From positions 1,281,672 through 1,345,671 of the forward strand of contig JAWQFM010000009.1 in NCBI GenBank assembly GCA_033442325.1: a stretch of DNA of 64,000 nt, in the 5' to 3' direction. Below, piece after piece: positions 34,542 to 53,691 of this stretch. The notes under the pieces are model-generated. The model was not told where the DNA came from. It did not search any database and saw only the letters and a program-made list of their open reading frames with translations. The stretch comes from Salpingoeca rosetta. Taxonomy: Eukaryota; Protista; Choanoflagellata. The translations under genes were made by a program, and so were the position numbers. Numbering within the stretch: the first letter of the stretch is position 1; every line of letters begins with the position of its first letter.

Positions 34542-36005
34542 TCACGGTTTGGTGGCGATGATGGCGTCCAAGTAGACGCCTGTGCGCTTGCACTGCACAT
34601 CGGTGAATCCCGCATCATGCAGCAGTGTGGTGTATTCTCGACAGGACCGTTCGCGCCCGTGTGTCTGGACGAGCATGTTGAGAGATTGCAGCTGGGCTGC
34701 CACAGGTCCACGGTGCGTGTCGTCGCGTAGCAGCATTTCCGCCAAGAGCACTTTGCCTTTGGACGGAAGGGCGGTGTGGCAGTTGCGAAGGATCCGCATG
34801 CATCGCCCATCGTCCCAGTCATGCAGGATGCGGGAGAGCATGATCAGGTCCACCTGCTTCCCTTCTCCCTGCTGCTGCTGCTGCTCCTCCTCCTCCTCCT
34901 CCTCCTCCTCCTCCTCCTCCTCCTCCTCCTCCTGCTGCTGCTGCTTTGCATTACCATCATGAGCGCCACCGAGCGTTGTGCTCTCTTCGATGGAACCAGC
35001 GGTAGCCGGGTGGGTTGGCGACGAAACAGTGCTCGGGATGGTTTCGAACATGTCCACTTCAGTGGTGGTGATCCGTGCAGAGAGGTTGGCGTCTGCAATG
35101 TAGCGGGTGGTGACAGGTAGCACATCTGGCAGGTCTGCCACGCAGGCAACGGCATGTGGGTAGCGGTGGCAGAGAGCCATGGCAAGATGGCCCGTGCCGC
35201 CTGCGACGTCCAGCGCAACGCGGCAGCGCGAAAGGTCAAACGCGTCGACAACCTTGGGTGACGAGAGCGATCCCATGCTATGCATACCTGCAAGGAAGCG
35301 CTCAAGGGATTTGGAGTCGGCGTACATGTTGGCAAAGACCTCCTGTGGGCTTGCGCCAAACGCCTCCTGCCAAACGTTGCGGCCTTGCTCCACCGCGGTG
35401 TTGATCTGGCCCCACAGCGGATACAGCACGTCCTTGGAGTGGCGAACATACCCGACAAAGGAGTGTGGGCTGGAGGATAGCAGGTGAGCACGTGCCACGT
35501 CCGTGTTCTCAAACAGGTGCCCTTGCTTGCGCAGGAGGCCGAGGCCACAGCATGCGTCAAGCAAGCGCGTCGCACCGTCCAGGCTCAACCCAAGACCGTT
35601 GGCCACGTCCTCCGCAGCGGGTTGCTCGGCCTCCACAAAGTCAAACACGCCCAGTGACACCGCCGAGAACAGTGTCTGCGATCGCCGAAAGCCATCCAGC
35701 AAGTCCAACACGTGCCGGCCTGTCTCCGGAAACGCATGCAGCGACTTTGATGATGATGATGATGATGATGATGTTGATGATGGGGACGAGGGCGTGCTGC
35801 TGTCACTGCTGTCGCTGCTGCTGCTGCTGCTCTGTCTGCACTGCACCAATGCGGTGAGTTGGGCCGGACGCATGTGTGCGAGTGACTTCCCTTGTCGTTG
35901 CTGCTGCTTCTGCTGTTGCAGGGTGCTTCTTGTCGGTCTCCGAGCTGCGCTGGCCAGCAGCGAGCGCCAGTATTGCCTGCACGCCTGCACACAGCGTCGT
36001 TGCAT
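34542..36005 (-). CDS. Acetylserotonin O-methyltransferase-like (ASMT/HIOMT family) SAM-dependent O-methyltransferase with an N-terminal leader, intronless
   Basis: Dimerisation domain GFRRSQTLFSAVSLGVFD; AFDLS...DVAGGTG (SAM-binding); LSRILHDW (catalytic His); GPVAAQLQSLNMLVQTHGRER...LDAIIATK, which resembles the vertebrate ASMT C-terminus. Confidence 0.87.
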   Translation of the reverse strand: MQRRCVQACRQYWRSLLASAARRPTRSTLQQQKQQQRQGKSLAHMRPAQLTALVQCRQSSSSSSDSSDSSTPSSPSSTSSSSSSSSKSLHAFPETGRHVLDLLDGFRRSQTLFSAVSLGVFDFVEAEQPAAEDVANGLGLSLDGATRLLDACCGLGLLRKQGHLFENTDVARAHLLSSSPHSFVGYVRHSKDVLYPLWGQINTAVEQGRNVWQEAFGASPQEVFANMYADSKSLERFLAGMHSMGSLSSPKVVDAFDLSRCRVALDVAGGTGHLAMALCHRYPHAVACVADLPDVLPVTTRYIADANLSARITTTEVDMFETIPSTVSSPTHPATAGSIEESTTLGGAHDGNAKQQQQEEEEEEEEEEEEEEEEQQQQQGEGKQVDLIMLSRILHDWDDGRCMRILRNCHTALPSKGKVLLAEMLLRDDTHRGPVAAQLQSLNMLVQTHGRERSCREYTTLLHDAGFTDVQCKRTGVYLDAIIATKP

Positions 36006-36793
36006 TGTCTTGCTTGGCTTCTTTGAGAGGTTGGCGGGAAATTTGAAATGCGCGCGCGCGCGTGTGTGTGTGTCTGTGTGTGTGTGTGTGTGTCTGTGTG
36101 TGTGTCTGTGTGTGTGCGTGCGTGTGTGTCTGTGTGTCTGTGTCTGTGTCTGTGTGTGTCTGTGTGTGTCTGTGTGTATGTATGTGTGTGTCTGTGTGTA
36201 TGTATGTGTGTGTCTGTGTCTGTGTCTGTGTGTGTGTGTGTGTCTGTGTGTCTGTGTGTGTGTGTCTGTGTCTGTCTGTCTGTCTGTCTGCAAATGTGTG
36301 TGTGTGTCTGTGTCTGTCTGTTTGCCTATCTGCAAATGTATGTGTGTGCGCTCCCACACACAAGAACAGCCAACACAACACGCACAGCTGCTGTGTATTG
36401 CCGTTTACTACTGCAGGTGGTTGACCAAACGAACAAAGGACCAACGAACCGAGACAGACCAGGGACAGGAGTCACAAACATGGCGCTATCACAACACATC
36501 ACATCACAGCACAGCGGAAGCACTAACGGACCCACGGCCCTGTTGTGAAGCCTCCCTCATCAACCACCACGAAAGAAAAGACTACAACAAGACAAGCAAG
36601 CAAACGAGCAAGCAAACAAGCAGACCGAGCGTGTAAAATGTCTGCAAAACAAACGAAAAGACACACAAAGACCAAGCCCAGCCAAACAGACAGACAGCGT
36701 ACAGTGCAGCTTGCATTACATTCGGAAAGGTTGTCCTGTCACGTCCTCAGACTGCCACGTGTGCGTGAGGTCTCGGAATTTCATCCCATCACA

Positions 36794-44043
<7,250 letters not shown>

Positions 44044-44052
44044 GTCTGTCTG

Positions 44053-44087
<35 letters not shown>

Positions 44088-44191
44088 TGCTGTGTGTGTG
44101 TGTGTGTATGTGTCGTCGTTGTCCACAAACACAAGCAAGAAGTCAGCAAGAAGGAAAAGGAGAGAGGAAATGCAAACAAAACAATGGTTGC

Positions 44192-44263
<72 letters not shown>

Positions 44264-44582
44264 TGTGTGTGTGTGTGTCTGTGTGTGTGTGTCTGTCTGT
44301 CTGTTTGTCTCTCGGTCCATGCCGTACTTTGCTCATGAGCCACTCGCTTCACAGCTTCAATCACTCATTCATATGGCAAGCAAGCCCACAAATGCTATGC
44401 TATGTTCACACACAAGAAGACCAAACACAACAGCCAAAAAGGACACCCCGCACACACACGAACACGCACGCGATAACACACATGACCACGCACGCATACC
44501 AAGCACACAACAACACGCATACACAAAAACACAACAAGACGCATACACAAACACATACACACGCACACTCACAATCACACCG

Positions 44583-45705
44583 TCACTCCTTGACGCCCTT
44601 GCCGTTGCCCTTCCACGGCTCCAAGAGAGTGACCTTGCAGCCAAGGTCCCGCAGCGCCGCCTTTGCGTCCTCATATGTCTCCTTGCGTTCCATGGCAACA
44701 TTCAGATAGTGCTCGGCACTCTCCGCCAAGATGGCCGCCCGCAGGTCCGGGTTGCGTGCGGCAATGTTGCGCAGCGCCCTAAGGCGTGGCGGTTGTGGTG
44801 AACAGATTGGGTGGGGTGAGGGAAAGGTGAGATGCAATGGTGGGAGCGCAGAGAGGGGAGGTGAGGGAGACAGTGAGAGCAGTCAGGGGGTGAGGGAGCG
44901 AGGCAGGATGGAGGGAGAGAGAAAGTGAGTGGATGGGTGAGTGAGGGAGTGGTAGACAGGGACACTAGTGGGTGGAGTGGATACTGAGATGCACACATGC
45001 GCACACATGCACGCACATGCGCACTCATGCACGCAGCGCATGCACAAAAGCCACGTGCTCCTTGCTCACCTGGCGGCGTTCTTCTGTAGACTTGCGCTGT
45101 CTGGGAACATGACCATGGCCTTGACAATGGCGTGTGCGCCACCAGCCTCAATCACCGCCTTGCTATTCTCGACATCGCGGAGGCACACCGCAGCAAGCGC
45201 AGCACACCCTTTGTCCTGCACGGCTGTTGTGCGGTGTGGAATAGCATGTGTAAGAGGGAGGGGTGCACAGAAGGAGTGTGAGGATGGAAGATGGAGGGAG
45301 AAGCACAATGAAAGGCCACTCAGCAAAAGCACGTTGAAGGTGTCGTTCAACACGTGCATACACACACACTCACACACATGGAGAGCACGCCTGTACACAG
45401 CACGTACCGCGCTGTTTGACGTGCCGGGTCATGACTGCGATGATGGCCTCCACACCACCCACTTCGCGAATCTTCGCCTTGACGTCGTCGTTGCCCGCAA
45501 TCGCACGCAGCACCTGCAGCGCAGACACAGCAACCTGCACGCAACGCACACCCGAAGCATACACGACGCACAAGAATATATGGATGTGAGGGTGTTGCAG
45601 TGGCACTGACGCACGTGCACGTGCAGTGCAAAGAGAAATGGTAACACAAAGGAACCCCCAACTCACTCACACACACGCACGCACAAACACACACACACAC
45701 ACACA

Positions 45706-45745
<40 letters not shown>

Positions 45746-46847
45746 AACAAAAGTACGCGCACGAACTCAAACAAACAAACACACAAAACACACAAATCAC
45801 CAAACACACAAAACACACACTCTAGAGCTCAACACACACACACACACAGAGATACAAGCACATACACACGCGCACAAACGACCAACCTCGACGCTGTCCT
45901 CGTGGGCTGTGAGCGATGGCAGGAGGAGCTTCAACCCGCCCAGGTCCACAATCTCCTGGCAGTATTCATTGCGCACGGCAAGCTTGGCCAACGTCTTGCA
46001 CAGCTCGGCCGTGGTGGCAGCGTCCTCCGTAAACGCCGCCAGGGTGTTCATGATGCGGGCGAGGGCGCTGTGCTGGTTCACCATCAGCTTTGCGTGCTCG
46101 TGGCCCTTGCCAAAGGCAACGCGGATGTCGTCGTCAAAGGTGAGGATGCGCAAGCACCGGGCCGCCTCCCCAACCGCGGCCGGATGCTCCGTGTGCTTCT
46201 CCACGCAGTGCAGCAGAAGCTCAATCAGCCCCTCTGCGACAAACGTTTGCCGGTTTGTTTCGTGTTTGGTGCACGCGTGGCGGATGGCTGTGATGCCGTG
46301 CTGCTGGATGTGGCCCACGTGCTTGAAAGCCGTCATGTGCTCGCACAGCTGCTTGATGTGCTGGTGGTTGTCGTGGACCTCAGCCACGACGCTGTCCGGG
46401 TTGGGTGGTGTGACCAGATCCGGCTGCCCTTCTAGCAGTGCCGCGAGTGTCTGCAGAGCGACGCCCAGGGCGTGTGTGGCCTTGGCCTTGGCGTCCTCAC
46501 TGTGTGGCGCATCCTCCGCAGCAAGCTGCGCCACGCGCTCAATGACGGCAAGCAGGGTGGTGAACCCGCCCTTGGCCCCCGCCAGCGCACGGTTCTCCTG
46601 TTCCGGCAGCAGCTCAAGCAGCTTTGATAGTGGCGCTTCCACTTCGGCTACAGCTGCTGTGACGGCGCTGTCCAGATCCTGCCCCTCGCTGGCTGCATGA
46701 TCGCCCTGTGTCCATGTTTTCAGCTCTTCCAACAAGCCCACAGCCGGGCTTTCGCCTGCTTCTCCAGCTCCTACGGCTTCCAACGCCAACGCCTTGACAA
46801 TGTTCGACAAGTCGATCCCTTTACGCGTTGGCAGTGTGCGTTGGTGG

Positions 46848-46926
<79 letters not shown>

Positions 46927-46963
46927 GTTGTTGTTGTTGTTGTGGTGGTGGTGGTGGTTGATG

Positions 46964-46998
<35 letters not shown>

Positions 46999-47339
46999 GT
47001 GTTGTTGTTGTTGTTGTTGTGGTGGTGGTGGTGGTTGATGTGTGTGTGTGTGTGCGTGCGCGTGTGTGTGTGGCATGTGCGTAAGAAAGTGTGCAGAGCA
47101 CCGTGCAAGCATGGATGAGAAAGCGACGACACATGGAAGTAGCAAAGCGCAATCACCCACACACAGTGCTCTGAGATCTCTTGCATCCACCATGCCGAGC
47201 GTGTGCCGTTTGCTGCACCTTGCGCTGTGAATTGTTCCACTGCGTCGTTCACGGCCTCCTCCGGCGACATGTCAAATTCGGTGATGTTCTCCTGGACCAC
47301 CTCATTGAAGGTGTCCTGCGTGATCTGCTTCTTCACCAT
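44583..47339 (-). CDS. ARMC6: Armadillo repeat-containing protein 6
   Basis: MVKKQITQDTFNEVVQENITEFDMSPEEAVNDAVEQFTAQG|IDLSNIVK; LTFDDDIRVAFGKGHEHAK; LAVRNEYCQEIVDLGG; AKAALRDLGCKVTLLEPWKG. Confidence 0.93.
46853..47055. repeat. Duplicated compound microsatellite (GT)n-(GTT)n-(GGT)n in ARMC6 intron 1
   Basis: The same compound block occurs twice in tandem. Confidence 0.85.
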
Positions 47340-47463
47340 GCCTGTCTGCCTACACTGCGAGCCGCTGCGCTGATGGACTGAAGGAGGTTTGTCTGTCTGT
47401 CTGTTTGGTTGGTTGATGTGATGTTGGTGGTCGTTGGTTGCTGTGTGTATTTTGGGTGTCGCG

Positions 47464-47483
47464 GACAACGTTGTCGTGAAAAC
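47464..47483. promoter_or_regulatory. Palindrome GACAACGTTGTC overlapping an X-box (RFX)-like 14-mer GTTGTCGTGAAAAC
   Basis: Motif lies ~130 bp upstream of the ARMC6 ATG. It fits GTHNYY-NN-RRNAAC; sequence match only. Confidence 0.3.
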
Positions 47484-47901
47484 TACCCGAAAATATGTAA
47501 AAGTTTCTACAGTGCCGAAAGCAGGAGAGGAGGGAGAGCTAGAGGAGGGAGAGGAGGGCCTGAGGGCGGTGGTCTGGTGGTGCTGTCTGCTCTAGTGCTC
47601 TGTCTGCTGCGGGTTCCCTTCAGCCTCAACAATCTCCCTTGCTCTTCTCCTTCACCCATTCTCAGCTTCTTCTCAACCCTCCTTCCTTCCCAAGTTTCCT
47701 TGCTCCTCTCTCAAAGTCTCAAGAAATAGCAAGAAGATCTGTCGGTCGTTCTGTCGTCTCGCTTGTCCGGTCGCAGCTGAGCGATGGTGTGATGATTCGT
47801 GTGTGATTTGCTGCAACTTTCGGTGGGTCTTGGAATTGTGGGGTTTATTTGCTCATGGCAGGCAGCCCATTGAAGGAAGGCTTGTTGTGTTTGATTGTTC
47901 A

Positions 47902-47961
<60 letters not shown>

Positions 47962-48105
47962 ACACACACAACGCAACAGGGAATCAAAGCAGCACCCACC
48001 CGAAACGGCTGGTGCTCGCCTCTCCGCGCTCTCCACCCACCACCCGACCTTCTACCCCAACTGCAAGTTCACGAGAACAAAATACACGCGACGTACGCAG
48101 GCACG

Positions 48106-51100
48106 ATGCAGGCCCACACGCGCGTTCTGCTGGTGCTGGCAGCGCTCTGCGTTGCGCGCGGCTATGCTGCCCAGTTCGCTGTTCAATGGGCACCGTCCGT
48201 TGACGATGCCACCTTTGACATCCAAATCTCCATCGGTACGTTTGTTGACCATTTATCCGAGTCGGGGAAGCATTCCCACGACCAAGGTCTCGTGGGGCAC
48301 CCTTGACGCGTCTCTGCACTGGCACACACACGTACACACACATACACACATACACGTACATACACTCACACACATTCAAACACATGCATAGTCGCACATG
48401 TGGACACATTGATGTTCAACCATGCACACAGACACGCGCACACACAGAAATACCTTCACGTGCAAACACACTCACACCCGCACACAAACACCTTCACATT
48501 CACACACGTACGTAAACACACACACACGCATATTCACGCAAACATCTCTCCACAGGCGACACTGTTGTCTGGCAAAACATCGGTACGCGCCCGGAGTCTG
48601 TGACCGAGGTTCGTGGCACCGACTACGAGGGCATCGACGGGTACCTGCCCCCAGGCGATCGTTTCCGCTACACGTTCAACCGCCCGTCCTACGCACCTGG
48701 AGACGTTGTCGTCTTCGTCAGCCAGGCTGACCCCGAGTACATGCGTGGTACTATCACTATTGTCGGCCCAAGGTGCGTGGTGTGAGCGTATTTATGCGAG
48801 CGTGCGCGCAGATGTGCCGGTATGTGAACGTGCGTGTGTGGGTGCGTGTGCGTGTGTGGGTGCGGGTGCGTGTGTGGGTGTGTGTGTTGTGTGCTAAACT
48901 GCTGTGTTTGTGTGGAGTCCTGGCATTGGCAAGTGAGTAGGCGCCAGCGCCGTCCACCATGTCTGCAGCAGGTTCACCCCTGTACATGTTGAGATGTGCT
49001 GAGAAGATACTCATCCACCCGCTTCCCTCCATCTCCTTGCGTTCTGCTTGCCTCGCTGTCCCCTCTTCCTACTCGTTTCCCGACAGCACGACGACCACGA
49101 CGACCACTACCACCACAACTACCACCACCACAACGACGACCACCACTACCACCACCACAACGACGACCACGACGACCACCACAACTACCACAACTACCAC
49201 GACGACCACCACAACTACCACGACGACCAGCAGCTCCACGTCTTCATCCAGCGTCTACACCACTGTTGTGCAGAGCACGCCCTCGACCCGGGACGTTGGC
49301 ATCGTTGTTGGTCCTGCCATCCCATACGCGGTACGAAACAATCATTTCCACGCGCGTGGCAATGTCAGCCAGCCCTTCGTTGCACCGTTCAATCTCAAGC
49401 CGTTCCCTCGTGTCGAATTTCAACCCTGCTTCCACTCGCCATGCCATGGAAGGGCATGACACGCTTGGCGTGGTGAAGGTCCTAATGTACCTGCAATCTG
49501 CCTTTCTTCAATGCAACAGGAACGCCGCTTCTGCGAGGAGGGCTGGGAGCTGCGCGGTGACAAGTGCCTGCGGTATGAAGCGAGGCGCCAGCCTTCGGCA
49601 TACCACGCGCAGGTCATGTGCCAGCAGAACGACGCCTACCTGGCCACCATCCAGAGCCTTGACGACTCCATTTGGGTGCGTGATATTGTGCAGGAGAACG
49701 AGGACACCTCCTTCCCGTTTATCGGCCTCTTCTACGATCCCCTGACGGACGTGTTTGGCTGGTCCGATGGCGAGGAAGTCTCGTATGAAAACTGGCTTGA
49801 CTCCACGATCATTGGCCCCGCCACTTGCGTCATCGCCACTGATGGCCTTCGCGGTGGCTCCTGGAAGACTGTCTCCTGCTTCGACCGCCGCCCATACATC
49901 TGCGAAAAGCCAGCAGGTGTGTGTGTGTGTGTGTGTGTGTGTGTTGGTGTGTGTGTGCGTGTGTGTGTGTGTGTGTGCTGGTGGGGGCGCGGCTTGATTG
50001 TCGTGGCTCTACCTGCGTTGATTTCCAGCCACCTCACGTTATATGTTGTGCACGTGCATGTCCTGTAGCCACCCGCTTCCTGTACGAGCTTGATATCGGC
50101 GTCGTGAGCGTGCCGTCGTTTGGTCCGGAGGTTGTCGTGGACATGATGGCAGACCACCCAGATGCGTGCCTGCGCGCATGCGATTCAAACGAGTCCTGCC
50201 TCCGCATGGCCATCGAAGTGAGCAGCATGGACGACAGCAAGGTGCAGTGTTTCGGTGACTCCAACGACCAGAGCACTGGCAGCACGCTCGACCTCACCAG
50301 CGTCGGCACCGTGTATACCAAGCTCCAGGAGATTGACATACCACCACCCATCATCACGGTCGGTCTTTCAGACGAGAGAATGTGTCCATGCGACGCAATC
50401 GCGTTGGTTGAGACTGTGTGTGCGTGCGCGCGTGTGCGTGCGTGCGTGCGAACAAGTGTGTGATTGTGTGCATGTGCATGTGCATGTGCGTGAGTGCGTA
50501 CTCTGTTCTGGCCTTCAGTCCAGCATCAGCATAAGCTGTCGCTCACTGCCCGCTGCGTTGGCGTGGTGTTGTGCTGTTGTGGTGATAGTACTCTGTGTAC
50601 GCGGAAGGATCGAATGGTTTTGCAACGGGCCTGCGACCTGTGAACATGTTCGAGTCTGCAGACATCCTCGACATCTTCTATGGCCTCTCTGTGGAGGACT
50701 GCCAAGCGGAATGCACGCACGTCCAGAACTGCGTCGGGTACGTGTCGTGATCACGCCCATCCTTGCACCTTGCCACAAGGGCTCGTACGTTTGAACACAC
50801 GTGTGGGAAGGATGCAGCGACAACAACCCCCTCCCCCATATTCAACGCTGACTCGAACAGCCTTGCAATTCCTTCGATGTCCTCCTCACCCCCTGCACAA
50901 GTCTTCACGTACACATGCGCTCACATGCGCTCACACGCGCTCACTTTGCTTGCCACGCACACACATACACACACACTCTCTCATTTCCACGTACTCGCAT
51001 GTGAACACGCCTGTGCCCCGTTTCCTGAATTGACATTCACCAACCACCCAACACAGCATCTTGAGAAGTCGCAACCCATCGTCCAACTACAAGTGCCGCC

Positions 51101-51180
51101 TGATGGCGCGGTTTGGCGAGCTCGTCACAACGCAGCTCATGGTCGACACCTACGAAAAGGTCATCAGCGAGCCCATGTAG
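48106..51180 (+). CDS. Secreted modular protein: signal peptide, cupredoxin-like domain, Thr-rich mucin linker, C-type lectin-like domain, two PAN/apple-like domains (~7 exons)
   Basis: MQAHTRVLLVLAALCVARG; IG|DTVVWQN...LPPGDRFRYTF...MRGTITI; poly-Thr exon 49085-; CEEGW...KCLRY...FIGL...WSDG...YENW...WKTVSC...PYICEK; ACLRACDSNESC and DCQAECTHVQNCVG. No TM segment before the stop at 51180. Confidence 0.8.
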
Positions 51181-51846
51181 GAGGAGAAGGGGGAGGAAGC
51201 ACCCGAACAGCAACCGCGTGACAACGCGTCTTGTGCATGATTCACTTGACTTCCAGCCATTTCTTGTTCCTGTCTCATTGTTGTTTTGAACCAAATATGT
51301 ACACCACAATGGTCCATGCGTGCACCCTTGAACTGATTCCCTCAGTGTATCGGCTTGTGAGGTCTGCATTGTTTCGTGTAGTGTAGTGTTGCATTGGGTT
51401 GCGTGTCGTGAGATTGTGTGAATGTGTGCACGTGTGTGACAGTTTGATTCAAATGAGTTGGTTCCGTGGCAGTGGCAGTGGCAGTGCGTGTTCGTTTGTT
51501 CCCATCTACCCACGATGAGTTTCCGGCCATGTCTTGCGTGCACCTTCGTGTCTGTGTGTCGGGGTTTCCTACACACTCATACGCGCGCGCGCGCTGTCTA
51601 CAAGAACGCTGCACAGTTGGCAGTGGTCTGTTTTCATCGGTTTTGCTTGGTGCACTGCCCACTGGCACAGGTCGTACCATGTCTATTGGTCGCCTCATCT
51701 TTGTTGCATGTGTTTGGAAAAGAAAGCCCGCCATAATTTGTACATGCAACGCAAGCAGTGCAGCAGAAGGGCGACACGTGAACGTGCTCGTTGTATTGTA
51801 TTGTATTTGTGACAGGGAGAGGAGGGGAGGGAACACAGATGGGCAA

Positions 51847-52082
51847 ACATGCACGCGCGTGGGATGGATCACGACACATAACGAGGGCAAAGGAAGAACG
51901 AACACAAACGTGGTGTATAGATGTGAATGCATGTGTGCGCACGATCGCAAACAGCTGCTGCAACACACATGCACGCGCGTGGGATGGATCACGGGACATA
52001 ACGAGGGCAAGGGAAGAACGAACACAAACGTGGTGTATAGATGTGGATGTATGTGCGCACGATCGCAAACAGCTGCTGCAAA
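51847..52082. repeat. ~120-bp near-identical tandem duplication immediately 3' of the SDR stop codon
   Basis: ACATGCACGCGCGTGGGATGGATCACG...CACGATCGCAAACAGCTGCTGCAA occurs twice. Confidence 0.92.
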
Positions 52083-52130
52083 AACTGTGACATCAATGAG
52101 CCAGGCAAAAGGGCCACTCGATAAAACCAA

Positions 52131-53691
52131 TCAATACACGGCCCGGCCACCGGAGAGATCGAAGCAGAACCCCGTGTTGAACGATGCCTCCTTGCTCACG
52201 ATAAATGCAACCGTTGCTGCCACTTCCTGAAGCAGGCCGCATCGCTTCATGGGTATCTTGTCCGTCATGTACTTGATCTGCTCCGGCTTCATTCCGGCAA
52301 CCATGGCTGGCGGCGCGGGGGAGCGAGTGATTGATTGGTAGCGGCACGGCGTGTGAGGCGTGGGTGCAGGGCGACAGACATTCACACACACACACACATA
52401 GACGTAGACGTAGACGTAGACAAAGACACACGGACACAGACACAGACAGACAGACAGAAAGACAGACAGACAGACAGACACAGACACAAAGGCACACAAA
52501 GGCACACGAACACACAGGCACACAAAGGCACACGAACACACAGGCTCAACCTGTTCTGATGACGGCTGGGGCCAGCGCGTTGACGGTGATGTTGGTTTCT
52601 GCATATTCCTTGCCGACAGCCTTGGCCAGCCCAATCACCCCTGCTTTACTTGTCGAGTAGGCACACATGCCCTGGAGCAGCAGCGAACGACAGCGGACCA
52701 GGCAAGGTTTGAGGGCACTGAAACGAAAGGTGGAACGGAGACATGGGGGGGGAGGTCGAGCAGAGATGCAACAGCACAGACACGCAGACGCACACAGACA
52801 CACACGCACGTACACAGACGCAAGCACGCACACACTCATACATACACATCACAGATGCTGGTGCTACGTACGGCGTTGCCATCTTTGCCGGCGATTGAGG
52901 CGATGAGCAAGATGCGTCCGTAGTCGTGCTTTGACATGAGCGGCAGGCAGTGTTTGGTCATGTTGAAGCTGCCTCTGAGGTTGACGGCAAGGACGCGATC
53001 AAACGCATCCCCTTCCACGTCCTCGATCTTGACACCGTGGGGCCCTGTAGCACATATTTGCATGTGCATGTGTGTGTGTGTGTGTGCGTGTGCATGTGTG
53101 TGTGTGAAAACACGTCTGTAGAGATCATGTGGCAAGAAAACGACACATACAAGACACATGCACACACGTAGCTGTAAGCGCACAAACGTGCAAGCTCACT
53201 TGGCACACACGTCGCTGTAAGCGCACAAACGTGCAAGCTCACTGGTACACACAATTTACACACACCATGCACACACAATTTACACACACCATGCACACAC
53301 AATTTACACACACCATGCACAATGCACACAAAAATACACACCATGCACACAAAAGCACACACAGACACACACAGGCAGCCACACACGCCTTGCACGTACC
53401 AACGATGCCTGCGCAGTTGATCATGATGTCGAGACGACCGTGTGCAGCCTCTACCGCTGCAAGCGCTGCCTTGACGCTCTCTTCACAGGCCACATCCACC
53501 TTGTGACAGCTCACATGCTTGATGTCATGCTGGGATGCCAGAGCATCTGCCGTCTCCTGCATGGCGTCATCCTTGACATCGAAGATGCAAATGGTGGCGC
53601 CCTCCTTTCCCAACCGCTCACACACCGCTCTCCCAATCCCACTCGCCCCACCAGTCACCACAGCCACCTGCCCACTGAACCGCTGCGCCAT
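52131..53691 (-). CDS. Classical short-chain dehydrogenase/reductase (FabG-like), 4 exons
   Basis: VVTGGASGIG; INCAGI; IASIAGKDGNA|GMCAYSTSKAG (YxxxK); C-terminus SFNTGFCFDLSGGRAVY. Confidence 0.92.
53161..53320. repeat. Intronic tandem repeats (2 x ~42 bp, then 3 x ~24 bp CACACAATTTACACACACCATG-like)
   Basis: Directly visible. Confidence 0.8.

Noticed and set aside
48106-51180. Identification of the lectin gene as rosetteless itself
   Set aside because: It has only one C-type lectin-like domain plus cupredoxin-like and PAN-like modules, which differs from my recollection of Rosetteless (two lectin domains, larger protein).
51342-52130. 262-codon ORF in frame directly after the SDR TGA (possible readthrough or selenocysteine)
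   Set aside because: The SDR ends at its family-typical C-terminus. The stop context (TGA-TTG) is not a readthrough motif, the extension runs through a tandem duplication and looks non-coding, and no SECIS was recognised.
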